From the NCBI GenBank assembly GCA_002269645.1, contig NIVC01004093.1, positions 1 through 60,915 on the forward strand: a stretch of DNA of 60,915 nucleotides, in the 5' to 3' direction. Positions 35,642 through 49,046 of the stretch are shown piece by piece. A model generated the notes under the pieces. That model had not been told where the DNA came from. It ran no database searches and saw only the letters and a program-made list of their open reading frames with translations. The position numbers and the translations under genes were made by a program. This DNA is from Macrostomum lignano. Its lineage: Eukaryota. The stretch's first letter is position 1; the number at the start of each line of letters is the position of its first letter.

Positions 35642-37872
35642 ATGCTGCGATTTGTCACGCCGCTAGCGCAGACGGCGCTGGGCACCCTGTTGACCTGGGG
35701 CCTGACAGCCCTGGGCGCCGGGTTGGTGTTCCTAGTCCCAGCCGGTTATTCTCACGCTCGCCTATTGAATGCTAGTTTAGGTTTCGCAGCCGGCGTGATG
35801 ACGGCCGCATCGTTTTGGTCTCTGCTGGACCCGGCCATAGACATGGCTAGAGGTAGCGGCTCTTACGGTGCCAAAGGCGAATTCGCCTGGCTACCAGTTG
35901 CTATTGGATTCGGGGTTGGCGCCGCTTTTGTTGTCGGAGCCGATCGACTGTTGACGGCGTTAGGCGTTGCTGGGGGAGATGGAGACGATCTGGTTAAGGA
36001 GCTGACTGGCTCTGCTAGTGGCAAGCCTCGGTCGGCTTCTAACAATCTGCTGTTAGATAGCGCCGCTGACTGTAACAGCGTTGGTGTACAACTGCCCGAG
36101 CTGCTCACTGTCAATGCCGCTGCCGCACTTCGAAGACGCGGAGGCGGCGGCGCTAGCAGCGGCCGGGATGGTGGATCAGTCGAATTTGCCGAAGATTGGA
36201 ATGCCGAGGATGAAAGGTGCGGCGCCTTCGCATTTGGAGAGAAATGTTGGGGTGTGGGTTTTTCTAATCCTAACCGTGTGGGTTTTTTTAATCCTGTGGG
36301 TGTGGGTTTTTTCTAATCCTGTGGGTGTGGGTTTTTTCTAATCCTGTGGGTGTGGGGTTTTTCTAATCCTGTGGGTGTGGGTTTTTTCTAATCCTGTGGG
36401 TGTGGGTTTTTTCTAATCCTGTGGGTGTGGGGTTTTTCTAATCCTGTGGGTGTGGGTTTTTTCTAATCCTGTGGGTGTGGGTTTTTTCTAATCCTGTGGG
36501 TGTGGGTTTTTTCTAATCTTGAGGGTGTGGGGTTTTTCTAATCCTGTGGGTGTGGGTTTTTTCTAATCTTGAGGGTGTGGGGTTTTTCTAAACCTGAGGG
36601 TGTGGGGTTTTTCTAATCCTGTGGGTGTGGGTTTTTTCTAATCCTGTGGGTGTGGGTTTTTTCTAATCCTGTGGGTGTGGGTTTTTTCTAATCTTGAGGG
36701 TGTGGGTTTTTTCTAATCCTGTGGGTGTGGGTTTTTTCAAATCCTGTGGGTGTGGGTTTTTTCTAATCTTGAGGTGTGGGGTTTTTCTAAACCTGAGGGT
36801 GTGGAATTTTTCTGGTCCTGAGGGTGTGGAATTTTTCTGGTCCTGAGGGTGTGGAATTTTTCTGGTCCTGAGGGTGTGGAATTTTTCTGGTCCTGGGGTG
36901 AGGAATTTTTCTGGTCCTGGGGGTGAGGAATTTTTCTGGTCCTGGGGGTGAGGAATTTTTCTGGTCCTGGGGGTGTGGAATTTTTCTGGTCCTGAGGGTG
37001 TGGAATTTTTCTGGTCCTGAGGGTGTGGAATTTTTCTGGTCCTGAGGGTGTGGAATTTTTCTGGTCCTGAGGGTGTGGAATTTTTCTGGTCCTGGGGTGA
37101 GGAATTTTTCTGGTCCTGGGGGTGAGGAATTTTTCTGGTCCTGGGGGTGTGGAATTTTTCTGGTCCTGAGGGTGTGGAATTTTTCTGGTCCTGAGGGTGT
37201 GGAATTTTTCTGGTCCTGAGGGTGTGGAATTTTTCTTGTCCTTGGGGTGTGGGTTTTTTATGAGCTCTCAATCAAATGTTATTAGTATTAGTGTTTTGAG
37301 GGACAAATAGTCAAGTCCTAACACCAACCCTATATCCTCAAACTGGCCTTTGCAGTCAGGCAAAGCAGTTCAGACACGGTGGCGGCCCCAGCTGGAGGCG
37401 TGTGCTGCTATTGGTGCTGGCAATCACTGTACACAACATACCGGAAGGCCTGGCAGTCGGTGTAAGCTTCGGAGCCATTGGCGCTGTCAGCAACAACAGT
37501 AGCAGCAGCCAGGAGGACAATAAAGGTCATTTTGAAGCGGCCCGAAACCTGGCTATTGGAATTGGGATCCAGAATTTCCCGGAAGGCCTGGCAGTGTCGC
37601 TGCCGCTGCACGCGTCAGGAATGAGCCCGTTGAAAAGCTTCTGGTGGGGCCAGCTATCTGGCATGGTGGAGCCGATAGCTGGCCTGCTCGGCTGTCTGTT
37701 AGTTTCCATAGCAACGCCTCTGCTACCCTACGCATTGGCATTCGCAGCCGGAGCCATGATCTACGTTGTATTCGATGCGATTGTGCCAGAATCAACCGAT
37801 TCTAAGCTGACTTCGGCTGGGTGCATTGTGGGCTTCATTGTGATGATGGTGCTGGATGTTGGGCTGTCTTGA
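35642..37872 (+). CDS. SLC39A11: Zinc transporter ZIP11 (GufA-like), 2 exons
   Basis: Exons 35642-36216 and 37356-37872 join in phase 2 (AG|GT...AG|T). Motifs: LGTLLTWGLTALGA, GFAAGVMTAASFWSLL, ITVHNIPEGLAVG, IGIQNFPEGLAVSLPL, SGMVEPIAG. Confidence 0.92.
36252..37258. repeat. ~26-bp two-variant minisatellite, ZIP11 intron
   Basis: TCTAATCCTGTGGGTGTGGGTTTT units switch to TCTGGTCCTGAGGGTGTGGAATTTT near 36790. Confidence 0.93.
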
Positions 37873-38091
37873 TAAAACAATCAAAATCTGAGAGACTCTA
37901 TAAGAGCTTTGGACGCAGTCTGTCCCATTGAAAACGATACCGTGACAAGAATAGCTATAGAGTCATTGCAAACTGCTCACTAGTGACTCTAGCGACTGGG
38001 ATGAACCGTAGTTGCAGAACCATAAGAGTCGCTAAACAGTCGTTTGTGTTACCGCTTAACTAGTCTACTAACTCAAGTAGACTAAATAGAG

Positions 38092-38452
38092 GGGGGGCCG
38101 TAGCCCAGCGGTAGCGCAGCTGCTCTGATGTGCCGCGACCCAGGCTCGATTCCAAGTGCAGCCACATTAATTTGGGGCTGAATTGGAATTTCGGCTTGGC
38201 TCGCTTGTGCAATTAACGGCCTCGAGAGCCAACCCCCCAAGGCGCAGTGTAGTGTACATGCCTAACGATAAAATAAAGTTAGGGCCGCTGTACACTCCTG
38301 TGTGAGTGTGTGCCTGCGTAACGTATCCGCGCGCTTGTATGCCTGCTCAGGGGAGTCGGCGGAATGGGCAGTAATGCCTCTCGCCGGTTGTGTGACAATG
38401 TCGCCTAAAGTGCGCCAGGGTGCACACAACCCCCCTGCCTCTAATAAAAAAA
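38092..38452 (+). mobile_element. tRNA-derived SINE
   Basis: A-box TAGCCCAGCGG, B-box GGCTCGATTCC, AATAAA/poly-A tail, and a 13-bp TSD AGACTAAATAGAG (38079-38091 and 38453-38465). Confidence 0.85.
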
Positions 38453-38969
38453 AGACTAAATAGAGTTTTGTTAATGCGAAATGCGATTTAATTCATCAAG
38501 TGACGTAGATGCAGTCCCTTAGAGTCGCAGACAATAAAACGCCTCAAATTGATTCTTAAGCGACTTTTTGTCGACTTGTACACCGTGACATCTCGTACGA
38601 CATCTCGACACCCAGACGGCACCAAATGACTGCGTTTAACTCGCCTTTGCTGACAGAGACTCGTCAACTTCGATTATCTAGATCCTCATTTAGAAAATCT
38701 ATATGAAAGCTATTCTCTATTGATCATCTGCTGCTCATATATTGTTTATTGCATACATTATTGGTATTGACGTTGCGCATTGCTATATAATTATTGGTTT
38801 CTGTGGTTTTGCTGCTATTTTTAAATTCGTTTTGTTAATTTCCTTTTATAGCATACGACTTTTATGGCTCCTCTGGTTCTGTCAATTTCTTTTTTTTTTG
38901 GGTCCTCTGCCTTAATACTTCAGGACCCGATGCCCCCGATTCTTCAGGATCCACTGCCCCCCTTCAGGA

Positions 38970-39265
38970 GTCTTTGGCCCCTGATTCTTCAGGACCTTTT
39001 TTGGCCCCTGATTCTTCAGGACCTTTTTTGGCCCCTGATTCTTCAGGACCTTTTTTGGCCCCTGATTCTTCAGGACCTTTTTTTGGCCCCTGATTCTTCA
39101 GGACCTTTTTTGGCCCCTGATTCTTCAGGACCTTTTTTGGCCCCTGATTCTTCAGGACCTTTTTTGGCCCCTGATTCTTCAGGACCTTTTTTGGCCCCTG
39201 ATTCTTCAGGACCTTTTTTGGCCCCTGATTCTTCAGGACCTTTTTTGGCCCCTGATTCTTCAGGA
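38970..39265. repeat. ~27-bp minisatellite
   Basis: GGCCCCTGATTCTTCAGGACCTTTTTT units. Confidence 0.92.
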
Positions 39266-39970
39266 CCCGCTGCCCACCCATTGTTCAGGATCCGCTGCCC
39301 CCTGCTATTTATTTTATAATATCAGCATCCCTCATCAACTTGATTGTCGGCCGCGAGAATGAGTCTGTATGCTCAGTAACATTGAAGTGGAAGTGGCTCT
39401 CTAAGTTGAATTGAAGTGGTTCGGATGTGACGTCAATGTCTCGCTACGTTATTTTGGTTTTGTTAGTGATTCCATATTTTAAGTCTGATATTATTGCTTA
39501 ATTTTTGTTTGTCTTAAAAATATATAAATAAACACAATGGCTACTGCTAGATCTAGTATATCTAGTGGTACGACATGAGTTGGTGCCTTTTCAATAGTAG
39601 ATGAATAAAACACAAGCCATAGTAAAATTATGCGCTAATTAAATTGCTTCAATCGTTGCGAAAGTTTTTATTGGTTTTTTGTTGTTGATACGACAGACAT
39701 TTGAAAGCTTTTTTAAGGGGAAGATATAAATAGTGTGTAAATACTAACAACTTCTACAAGTTTTGTGGTTGGCAGAAAGCGTTAGTTATAAAAAAAGTTC
39801 AGAGATTTTTAACGAGATTCTGTATGCAAAATTTAAAATAAAGTGCGAAGTAGTAAACGGTTTGTTAAAGTACGTCATTTGTTACGTAGTTCATGGTCAT
39901 AAAAAACTTGTGTAGGGGTTAATAACGTTGACGTGTCTATACTTTTGATGATGAAATATAAATCAATTTC

Positions 39971-42900
39971 TCAGATTAAATCAGCGCCCTGATTGGCATA
40001 ACCGTTCTGTCCAATATGGGAGCTCGGGTCAATTGTTTTGCCATTTACTGTGTCTGGTTGCCAGGCTGGCTTGGAGCTGCAGTGGCTTCGGCTGATCACC
40101 AACTCGGGTCGTACGATTTCAGAGAAGCCTATCTCTGGTATCGCGTTGTCTGTGTGAAAATGGAGTGTACAATTAGTACAGTAATACATACACATTATTA
40201 CCATATTGTGATCTAGGGTGTACTACGATGCCTTACAGTGAGCCTTCAAAGGATGTACATGTAAATTTACAATCTTAGTGACTGTACATGTACATGTACA
40301 TTTTAATCCTAAAAAGTGACTGCACTTTGTATGGGTGCACAATTGTGGAATCTTAATTAGAGTGATTCTATTGGTTGCACATTGTAGAATCGCGGATTGA
40401 CTATGGGTGTACATGCACATGTACATTGTACCATCCTGAGGTGACTGTGCTCATTGTAAAATTCTGGAGTGAGTGCACTGTGTATGGTGCACACACAGCA
40501 GGCAACTCACCTTCCTTCCAGCCGTGTCCGTAAGCAGACAGCGGGTAGGCCATTTCGCCGTGTTTTGGATAGTCCATGCCTTGAAATTCGGGGCAATTTA
40601 ACGTCATGTACATAGTACATTTGCACGTATTACTTTTATACGTATTTTATTGTCACGTACATGTACCTCCTCAGACACCCCACTCCCTCCGACCGCAAAC
40701 CCTCAACGATCCCCTACCCTCAACCCCCACCCACCCCACTCCCTCCGAACGCAAACCCTCAACGATCCCCTACCCTCAACCCCCACCCACCCCACTCCCT
40801 CCGACCGCAAACCCTCAACGATCCCCTACCCTCAACCCCCACCCACCCCACTCCCTCCGAACGCAAACCCTCAACGATCCCCTACCCTCAACCCCCACCC
40901 ACCCCACTCCCTCCGACCGCAAACCCTCAACGATCCCCTACCCTCAACCCCCACCCACCCCACTCCCTCCGAACGCAAACCCTCAACGATCCCCTACCCT
41001 CAACCCCCACCCACCCCACTCCCTCCGACCGCAAACCCTCAACCATCCCTTACCCTCAACCCCCACCCACCCCACTCCCTCCGACCGCAAACTCTCAACT
41101 CTCTGACTCTCAAACCCACCCACCCCACTCCCTCCGACCGCAAACTCTCAACTCTCTGACTCTCAAACCCACCCACCCACCATGTACTCCCTCAGCCGCA
41201 AACCCTTAACTCTCTGACCCTCAACCCCACCCACCCCACTCCCTTCAATCACAAACCTCCAATTAAAATATCTATTAGCCCCAACCCCACTATCTCAAAC
41301 CGCACACTTCCACCCATGTCCTCAAGCAACCCCATTCACCTTTAATCTCCAACTCTGGCGGCACTCGCAGCACCTTCAGCAATCGAAGGGCGCCAAAAAT
41401 GATTAGCGAAGCGACGCCAGACCAGGCGGTGATTGACAGGGCGCCAACCAGCTGCATGGCCAGGTCCAGGCCGCTCTGCGTGTTCCAGTAAAACAGGATG
41501 CCCCGGTCGCGACGAAGGAAAGCGACACCGATGACGCCCCAGATGCCTCCGCCGTAGTGCACCGCGATGGCTTCGACCTTAGCAGTTAGTGCATATATTT
41601 TATTGAATAATGCTTTGAACTGTTGGTTTATTGGGTGGTTTCTTTTCGGTACGTTGGGTATTTTAGTTCTGGTTTCTTAGGTAGTTTAGTTCTGGTTTAT
41701 TGGGTAGTTTCGTTCTGGTTTATTGGGTAGTTTCGTTCTGGTTTATTGGGTAGTTTCGTTCTGGTTTATTGGGTAGTTTAGTTTTAATTTATTGGGTAGT
41801 TTAGTTCTGGTTGATTGGGTTGTTTATTTCTGGTTTATGCTCAGCAAAAACAGCATAATTTCCATACCGGATCGTCAATCCGCATCGCCAGCACCAGTTC
41901 CGACCAGGCCATGTAGGATCCTGCCGCAAAAAATCCCATAACGCAGGCGCCCCAGGGGTAAAGTACATTGCAACCGGCGCAGATGGCCACCATACCGGCC
42001 AGACCGCCTGTAGTGCGCATTTTGTACTTTTATTGATAGAAAAAAACGTAAAAAACTGATTTACATGCATTCCTACTCTTAGTAGCTAAACAAATTAGCA
42101 CAGTTTATATTTATCTTGATCGCTGTAACTACAAGTTAAGCAGATTTGGTTGTGGTTAGTTACACAGAAAGGCTGATTGCGTCACGTGACCCTCTAAGAC
42201 AGCCGAGTGGTTAATTATTCATTCTTAGTTGCGTTGCCCCATTGAGGAATTTTAATTTGATGAGCTGCAAACCTAAGGGGTGTCAATATTTGGTGTCTCT
42301 TGGTGGGTACCCCTGTCTCTTGGTGGGCGCCCCTGTCTCTTGGTGGGTACCCCTGTCTCTTGGTGGGCGCCCCTGTCTCTTGGTGGGCGCCCCTGTCTCT
42401 TTGGTGGGCACCCCTGTCTTTTGATAGGCGCCCCTATCTCTTGGTGGGCGCCCCTGTCTTTTGGTGGGCGCCCCTGTCTCTTAGCCTGGTGGATGCCACG
42501 CCCTATAGGTGGCAAATTTCGAGCTCACGTCATTCATGGTTGTCTCTTTCATTTATGGTTTTTAGAAAGAGCGCAATTATTGCGGGTGGATGAGCGATTT
42601 GGTTTAACTCTGAGCAAGCCACAAAATTACCTGAGCTCAATTTCACCGTATTTTTAGTGTCTCGTGCGCAAAATCTATTGCGCACAAGCAAGATTTTCAT
42701 TTTTAGTATATAAGACTATTTACCACGACTTTTTGACTACTAACAGTAGCTTAGAAAATTGTTTAATACTTTTAATTAAAACGCACCGTTAATTGTTCTT
42801 AGCAGCGACCAGTGGGGCCTGAGTAGGCGAGTCAGCAGCAGGGTGGTGAAGGCTCCCGTGCTGCCGCTCAGCACGGTGTTCACCATAGCGTTGGCCACGA

Positions 42901-45900
42901 CTGCCCCATCATTAGCCTGTTGAATGTGCAACTGGCTGCCGCCGTTGAATGCCAAGAAGCCGAAGAACAGCACGAATCCGCCTAGGGAGACGAGCGGCAC
43001 CGAATGTCCGGGAATGGCTCGGGATTCGCCCGTCTCAGGGTCGAACCGGTTAATCCGCGGGCCCAGCAAGGCTGCAGCGACGAGGGCCGCCGTGCCGCCG
43101 GTGATGTGCACGACGCCGCTACCGGCGAAGTCCTACAAGGCATTTGGGTTTTTTAAACACTAAACCATGTCTTTGTAAAGTTTTAACAATACATATCGGT
43201 AGATGTTAAAATATACGGAATCGCATGCGTAAGCGAAATGGACAACAAGTCTTCTTTGTCTGTGCGAATTTTGTGTCGAGCTGATGAGCTTTCCTGACAC
43301 CCGATCTCCTCTGACACCCACCCCGTCTCCCCTAACATCCACCCCATCTCCCCTGACACCCAAGCCATCTCCCCTGACACCCAAGCCATCTCCCCTGACA
43401 CCCAAGCCATCTCCCCTGACACCCACCTTATCTCCCCTGACACCCACCCCATCTCCCCTGACACCCACCCCATCTCCTCTGACACCCACCCCATCTCCTC
43501 TGACACCCACCCCATCTTCCCTGACACCCACCTTATCTCCCCTAACATCCACCCCATCTCCCCTGACATCCACCCCATCTCCGCTGACACCCACCCCATC
43601 TCCCCTGACACCCCATCTTCCCCGACCGCCTATCTGATCGTAGTGATCGATACGAGCTAGTATGATCGTGGAAGTACTATATAAAGCTGACCTTACGCGC
43701 TCGTATTACACGTTTTTACCTTATAGTGCGACACAAGAGTCCCGTTCTGCGCCGTGAGGCCCACAGCCAGCCAACCGATCGGATTCCAGGCCCAGTGGGA
43801 CACGATGGGATAAACAAAACCTGTGCATTTGGAGGTTGAACGCATTAAAAAAATAGCAGAATTCAGGCCATTTAAACTATTCACTGAAAGCCTAAATCTG
43901 TTCTGGTATCTGATATATCCCTCTGAAATCTGTCCTGGTATCTGATATCCCTCTGAAATCTGTCCTGGTATCTGATATCCCTCTGAAATCAGTTCTGGTA
44001 TCTGATATATCCCTCTGAAATCAGTTCTGGTATCTGATATATCCCTCTGAAATCTGTCCTGGTATCTGATATCCCTCTGAAATCAGTTCTGGTATCTGAT
44101 ATCCCTCTGAAATCAGTTCTGGTATCTGATATCCCTCTGATATCTGTTCTGGTATCTGATATCCCTCTGAAATCTGTTCTGGTATCTGATATCCCTCTGA
44201 TATCTGTCCTGGCACTCTCCTTGATACTAGTTGTTCATACACGAATGCATAATTGTGCTATGGAAAGGCCGACACAGTATTCTCCAATTATTATTTTGAT
44301 TGCATGCAAATTTTCTAATTTATAATAATTGGAACGGATCGAGCGGCTCCAGTCGAACTAAAGCATTATTATGTGACCAAAATATGCGCATGGCAAATTG
44401 TTAGCAATTTCTCCGCAGAGGTTTTTTCGCTCTACGAAAACAAACCCGAACAACTGTTTCCAAGGTCAGAGCAAGGACTATTTAATTTTCGGATTGTGGG
44501 GGGGGGGCTCTGCTTCTATTGTGCTGGTACTTATTTTTCCTGAGTAAACAGATGAGATGAGGGCTTTGTAGATTTCGCAAACACACCGATGAGATGAGCA
44601 AACTGTCGGTTTCTCTTGGGGGTGTGGTCAGCATGCGCAAAACAGAACTCAGAGAAATTGGCATTTGTGTGTCTGGCATCTGTGCGACTGTGCTCTTAAG
44701 AAAATTGGTGTCTTTCACTGAAACACTGCCACACGAGTCTTTTGCTGTTGAGTTTATCTCTGTTTGTCTTTGAGTTGAGTACATTTTCAATTTCTCAACA
44801 ACCTGATTTACCTATAATCTCGGAAGCTAATTCCCCACTAATCTCGGAAACTGATTCCCCAATAATCTCAGAACCTGATTCCCCACTAATCTCACAATGT
44901 CATTCCCCACACTCCCAGAACCTCATTCACTAATCTCAGATTCTCATTCCCCATCACTACTCTCAGAACATGATTCCCCAAACAATAGCAGAACCTGATT
45001 CCCTCCAAACAATAGCAGAACCTGATTCTCCTCAAACAAGGACAGAACCTGATTCCCCAAACAATGGCAGAACCTGATTCCCCCCAAACAATGGCAGAAC
45101 CTGATTCCCCACTAATCTCACAATCTCATTCCCCACACTCCCAGAACCTCATTCACTAATCTCAGAATCTCATTCCCCATCACTACTCTCAGAACATGAT
45201 TCCCCAAACAATAGCAGAACCTGATTCCCTCCAAACAGTAGCAGAACCTGATTCTCCTCAAACAATGGCAGAACCTGATTCCCCCCAAACAATGGCAGAA
45301 CCTGATTCCCCCAAACAATGGCAGAACCTGATTCCCCCAAACAATGGCAGAACCTGATTCCCCCAAACAATGGCAGAACCTGATTCCCCCCAAACAATGG
45401 CAGAACCTGATTCCCCCCAAACAATGGCAGAACCTGATTCCCCCAAACAATGGCAGAACCTGATTCCCCCCAAAAAATGGCAGAACCTGATTCCCCCAAA
45501 CAATGGCAGAACCTGATTCCCCCAAACAATGGCAGAACCTGATTCCCCCCAAACAATGGCAGAACATGATTCCCCAAACAATGGCAGAACCTGATTCCCC
45601 CCAAACAATGGCAGAACCTGATTCCCCAAACAATGGCAGAACCTGATTCCCCCCAAACAATGGCAGAACCTGATTCCCCCAAACAATGGCAGAACCTGAT
45701 TCCCCCCAAACAATGGCAGAACCTGATTCCCCCAAACAATGGCAGAACCTGATTCCCCCCAAACAATGGCAGAACCTGATTCCCCCAAACAATGGCAGAA
45801 CCTGATTCCCCCAAACAATGGCAGAACCCGATTCCCCCAAACAATGGCAGAACCTGATTCCCCAAACAATGGCAGAACCTGATTCCCCCCAAACAATGGC

Positions 45901-46818
45901 AGAACCTGATTCCCCCAAACAATGGCAGAACCTGATTCCCCCCAAACAATGGCAGAACATGATTCCCCAAACAATGGCAGAACCTGATTCCCCCCAAACA
46001 ATGGCAGAACCTGATTCCCCCAAACAATGGCAGAACCTGATTCCCCCCAAACAATGGCAGAACCTGATTCCCCCCAAACAATGGCAGAACCTGATTCCCC
46101 CAAACAATGGCAGAACCTGATTCCCCCAAACAATGGCAGAACCTGATTCCCCCAAACAATGGCAGAACCTGATTCCCCCAAACAATGGCAGAACCTGATT
46201 CCCCCAAACAATGGCAGAACCTGATTCCCCCAAACAATGGCAGAACCTGATTCCCCCAAACAATGGCAGAACCTGATTCCCCCCAAACAATGGCAGAACC
46301 TGATTCCCCCAAACAATGGCAGAACCTGATTCCCCCAACAACATTGTGCACCTTCCTCACTCACCAGTGAGGAGGAACGAGTAGACAACATAAGCGATGA
46401 AGTCGCAGCGCTCGGCCAGCGCCCCGGACACAATGGTGGCCGAAGTGGCGGCGAACACGAACTGAAAGAACCATAGAGGCAGTTTACTGTCGGACAGCTG
46501 AGCCATTGCCCAGAAGCTGTTTCCGCAAAAAGCGTTGCCAGGCTCGCCAAAGGCCAACGCCCAACCGAATATGTAATAAGCAATGCAGCCAATGAACGAG
46601 TCCAGGATATTCTTAATCAATATGTTGGTGGTGTGCTTCGATCTCACTGCTCCAGCTTCAAGGAAAGCGAAGCCGCACTGCATAAAATAGATCACTATAG
46701 CCATTGTGCATAGAAAGAATGCATCAACCGAAGCGTTGGTGGCAGCTACGGACGTTTTTAGACCGTCAAGCTCCTGAGTGATGTTCAGTAATGCTTCGAG
46801 TTCGCCAGGTGTTGCCAT
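39971..46818 (-). CDS. AMT1: Ammonium transporter, Amt1 type (7 exons)
   Basis: Exons 46818-46365, 43820-43720, 43132-42787, 42007-41868, 41577-41340, 40579-40511 and 40149-39971, all GT-AG with consistent phases. Motifs: FMQCGFAFLEAG, FFQFVFAATSATIVSGA, DFAGSGVVH, FNGGS, IDDPVEAIAVH, KHGEMAYP. Both conserved pore histidines are present. Confidence 0.93.
40675..41250. repeat. 56-bp C-rich minisatellite, AMT intron
   Basis: Direct tandem units. Confidence 0.92.
42293..42480. repeat. ~20-bp minisatellite, AMT intron
   Basis: CCCCTGTCTCTTGGTGGGCG units. Confidence 0.88.
43305..43620. repeat. 21-bp minisatellite, AMT intron
   Basis: CCCCTGACACCCACCCCATCT units. Confidence 0.9.
43895..44215. 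repeat. 30-bp minisatellite, AMT intron 1
   Basis: GATATCCCTCTGAAATCTGTTCTGGTATCT units. Confidence 0.9.
44800..46337. repeat. 27-28-bp minisatellite, AMT intron 1
   Basis: AAACAATGGCAGAACCTGATTCCCCC(C) units. Confidence 0.95.
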
Positions 46819-47541
46819 GATATTTTTCCAGGATTTGATCAAACGTGATTGATTGATGCCGTTAAGCAAGCAGTGTGCAGTTCGTACTGCATGCGTTTAT
46901 AGCTGCATGGACTGGGCCCGTGTGACGACAAATTTTTCAGGGCGCTTTGCCATTGGCTGTTGCATAAATTTTAGCTTTATGCTTAGATATTCAAATGTGC
47001 ATTGTATTGAGCAGTGTCAACACAGCTTTCTTTAGCTAGCTAGATAAATATTATATAAGACCCAAGTCAATGTTTGGGGTGCCTCGACTACTATTTGCTC
47101 ACTTTAATTACATTTATATAATACAGCGCAAGGCATTCACTTTGTGTGAATGGGCAAAGGCTTTCTCAGAGAGTCGCCACTGCACTGCACAGAGCTGGCT
47201 GGAGTAACAGTAGAAGTATAGAGTGTACAATCTTCAAACCGGTTCAGTGCTTTGAGTAACGTGTTTTGTAACGACTTGCGCTAGCGCCCGAGCCTGGAAG
47301 CTGCCAGCATGGTTGGCATATGGATTGAGTTAAACAACAAAACAAAATTTAAATAATGATGATGGAGCCCCTAAGGCTATCGTCTATGTATGCACAGATA
47401 GCGTTTCTGTATGCTCTTCATTAAAAAATGCATGGCCACTTGAAAGATGAGTTTATACGATTTCATGCATGGTTTGAAAAACTGACCCTAAAGAGAAAGA
47501 AAAAATGCGTGCCGTTGAAAGAATGTAACGGTGTAGGTATA

Positions 47542-49046
47542 CAGGGGCGTCGCCAACGGGGGGGACAGGGGGGGGCATGTCCCCCCCCCCAGTAAAAGAT
47601 CTGGGGGGACCTGCCAATGCTTTGTCCCCCCACCTTGTGACTCGTTATGGAAATCAATAATTTTGCTGCAGAGCGACAAAACATAGTGCCTGCGGCGCTA
47701 AAATGAGTGCCTGCGGCGCTAAAATGAGTGCCTGCGGCGTTAAAATGAGTGCCTACGGCGCTAAAATGAGGGCCTGTGGCGCTAAAATGAGTGCCTGTGG
47801 CGCTAAAATGAGTGCCTGCGGAGCTAAAATGAGTGCCTGCGGCGCTAAAATGAGTGCCTGCGGCGTTAAAATGAGTGCCTGCGGCGCTAAAATGAGTGCC
47901 TGCGGCGCTAAAATGAGTGCCTGTGGCGCTAAAATGAGTGCCTGGGGAGCTAAAATGAGTGCCTGCGGCGCTAAAATGAGTGCCTGGGGAGCTAAAATGA
48001 GTGCCTGTGGCGCTAAAATGAGTGCCTGCGGAGCTAAAATGAGGGCCTGTGGCGCTAAAATGAGTGCCTGCGGCGTTAAAAAGGGTGTCTGCGGCGCTAA
48101 AATGAGTGCCTGCGGCGTTAAAATGAGTGCCTGCGATGCTAAAATGAGTGCCTGCGATGCTAAAATGAGTGCCTGCGATGCTAAAATGAGTGCCTGCGGC
48201 GCTAAAATGAGTGCCTGCGGCGTTAAAATGAGTGCCTGCGGCGCTAAAATGAGTGCCTGCGGCGCTAAAATGAGTGCCTGTGGCGCTAAAATGAGTGCCT
48301 GGGGAGCTAAAATGAGTGCCTGCGGCGCTAAAATGAGTGCCTGCGGCGCTAAAATGAGTGCCTGTGGCGCTAAAATGAGTGCCTGGGGAGCTAAAATGAG
48401 TGCCTGCGGCGCTAAAATGAGTGCCTGGGGAGCTAAAATGAGTGCCTGTGGCGCTAAAATGAGTGCCTGCGGAGCTAAAATGAGGGCCTGTGGCGCTAAA
48501 ATGAGTGCCTGCGGCGTTAAAAAGGGTGTCTGCGGCGCTAAAATGAGTGCCTGCGGCGTTAAAATGAGTGCCTGCGGCGTTAAAATGAGTGCCTGCGGCG
48601 CTAAAATGAGTGCCTGCGATGCTAAAATGAGTGCCTGCGGCGCTAAAATGAGTGCCTGCGGCGTTAAAATGAGTGCCTGCGGCGCTAAAATGAGTGCCTG
48701 CGGCGTTAAAATGAGTGCCTGCGGCGCTAAAATGAGTGCCTGCGATGCTAAAATGAGTGCCTGCGATGCTAAAATGAGTGCCTGCGATGCTAAAATGAGT
48801 GCCTGCGATGCTAAAATGAGTGCCTGCGGCGCTAAAATGAGTGCCTGCGGCGCTAAAATGAGTGCCTGCGATGCTAAAATGAGTGCCTGCGGCGCTAAAA
48901 TGAGTGCCTGCGGCGCTAAAATGAGCGCTGACAACACCGATTCTGAAAATATTGTACATGTAATAAGAATTTAGTCATGTACAATTGTACGTGTATAATT
49001 ATTGGCTTTGTCCCCCCACCATAAAATCCATGGCGACGCGCCCCTG
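47542..49046. mobile_element. hAT-like MITE carrying an expanded 21-bp minisatellite
   Basis: TIRs CAGGGGCGTCGCCA / TGGCGACG(CG)CCCCTG and an 8-bp TSD TAGGTATA/CAGGTATA; no coding capacity. Confidence 0.75.
47685..48928. repeat. 21-bp minisatellite (GGCGCTAAAATGAGTGCCTGC)
   Basis: Roughly 58-59 units inside the MITE. Confidence 0.96.

Noticed and set aside
38092-38170. Possible tRNA gene
   Set aside because: A/B boxes are present but there is no complete cloverleaf; it continues into a SINE body with poly-A and TSD.
45118-46592. Long ORFs (396-444 aa) in three frames
   Set aside because: Stop-free translation of a 27-28-bp minisatellite inside AMT1 intron 1.
47463-48974. 394-498-aa repetitive ORFs on both strands
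   Set aside because: Translation of the 21-bp array inside a MITE.
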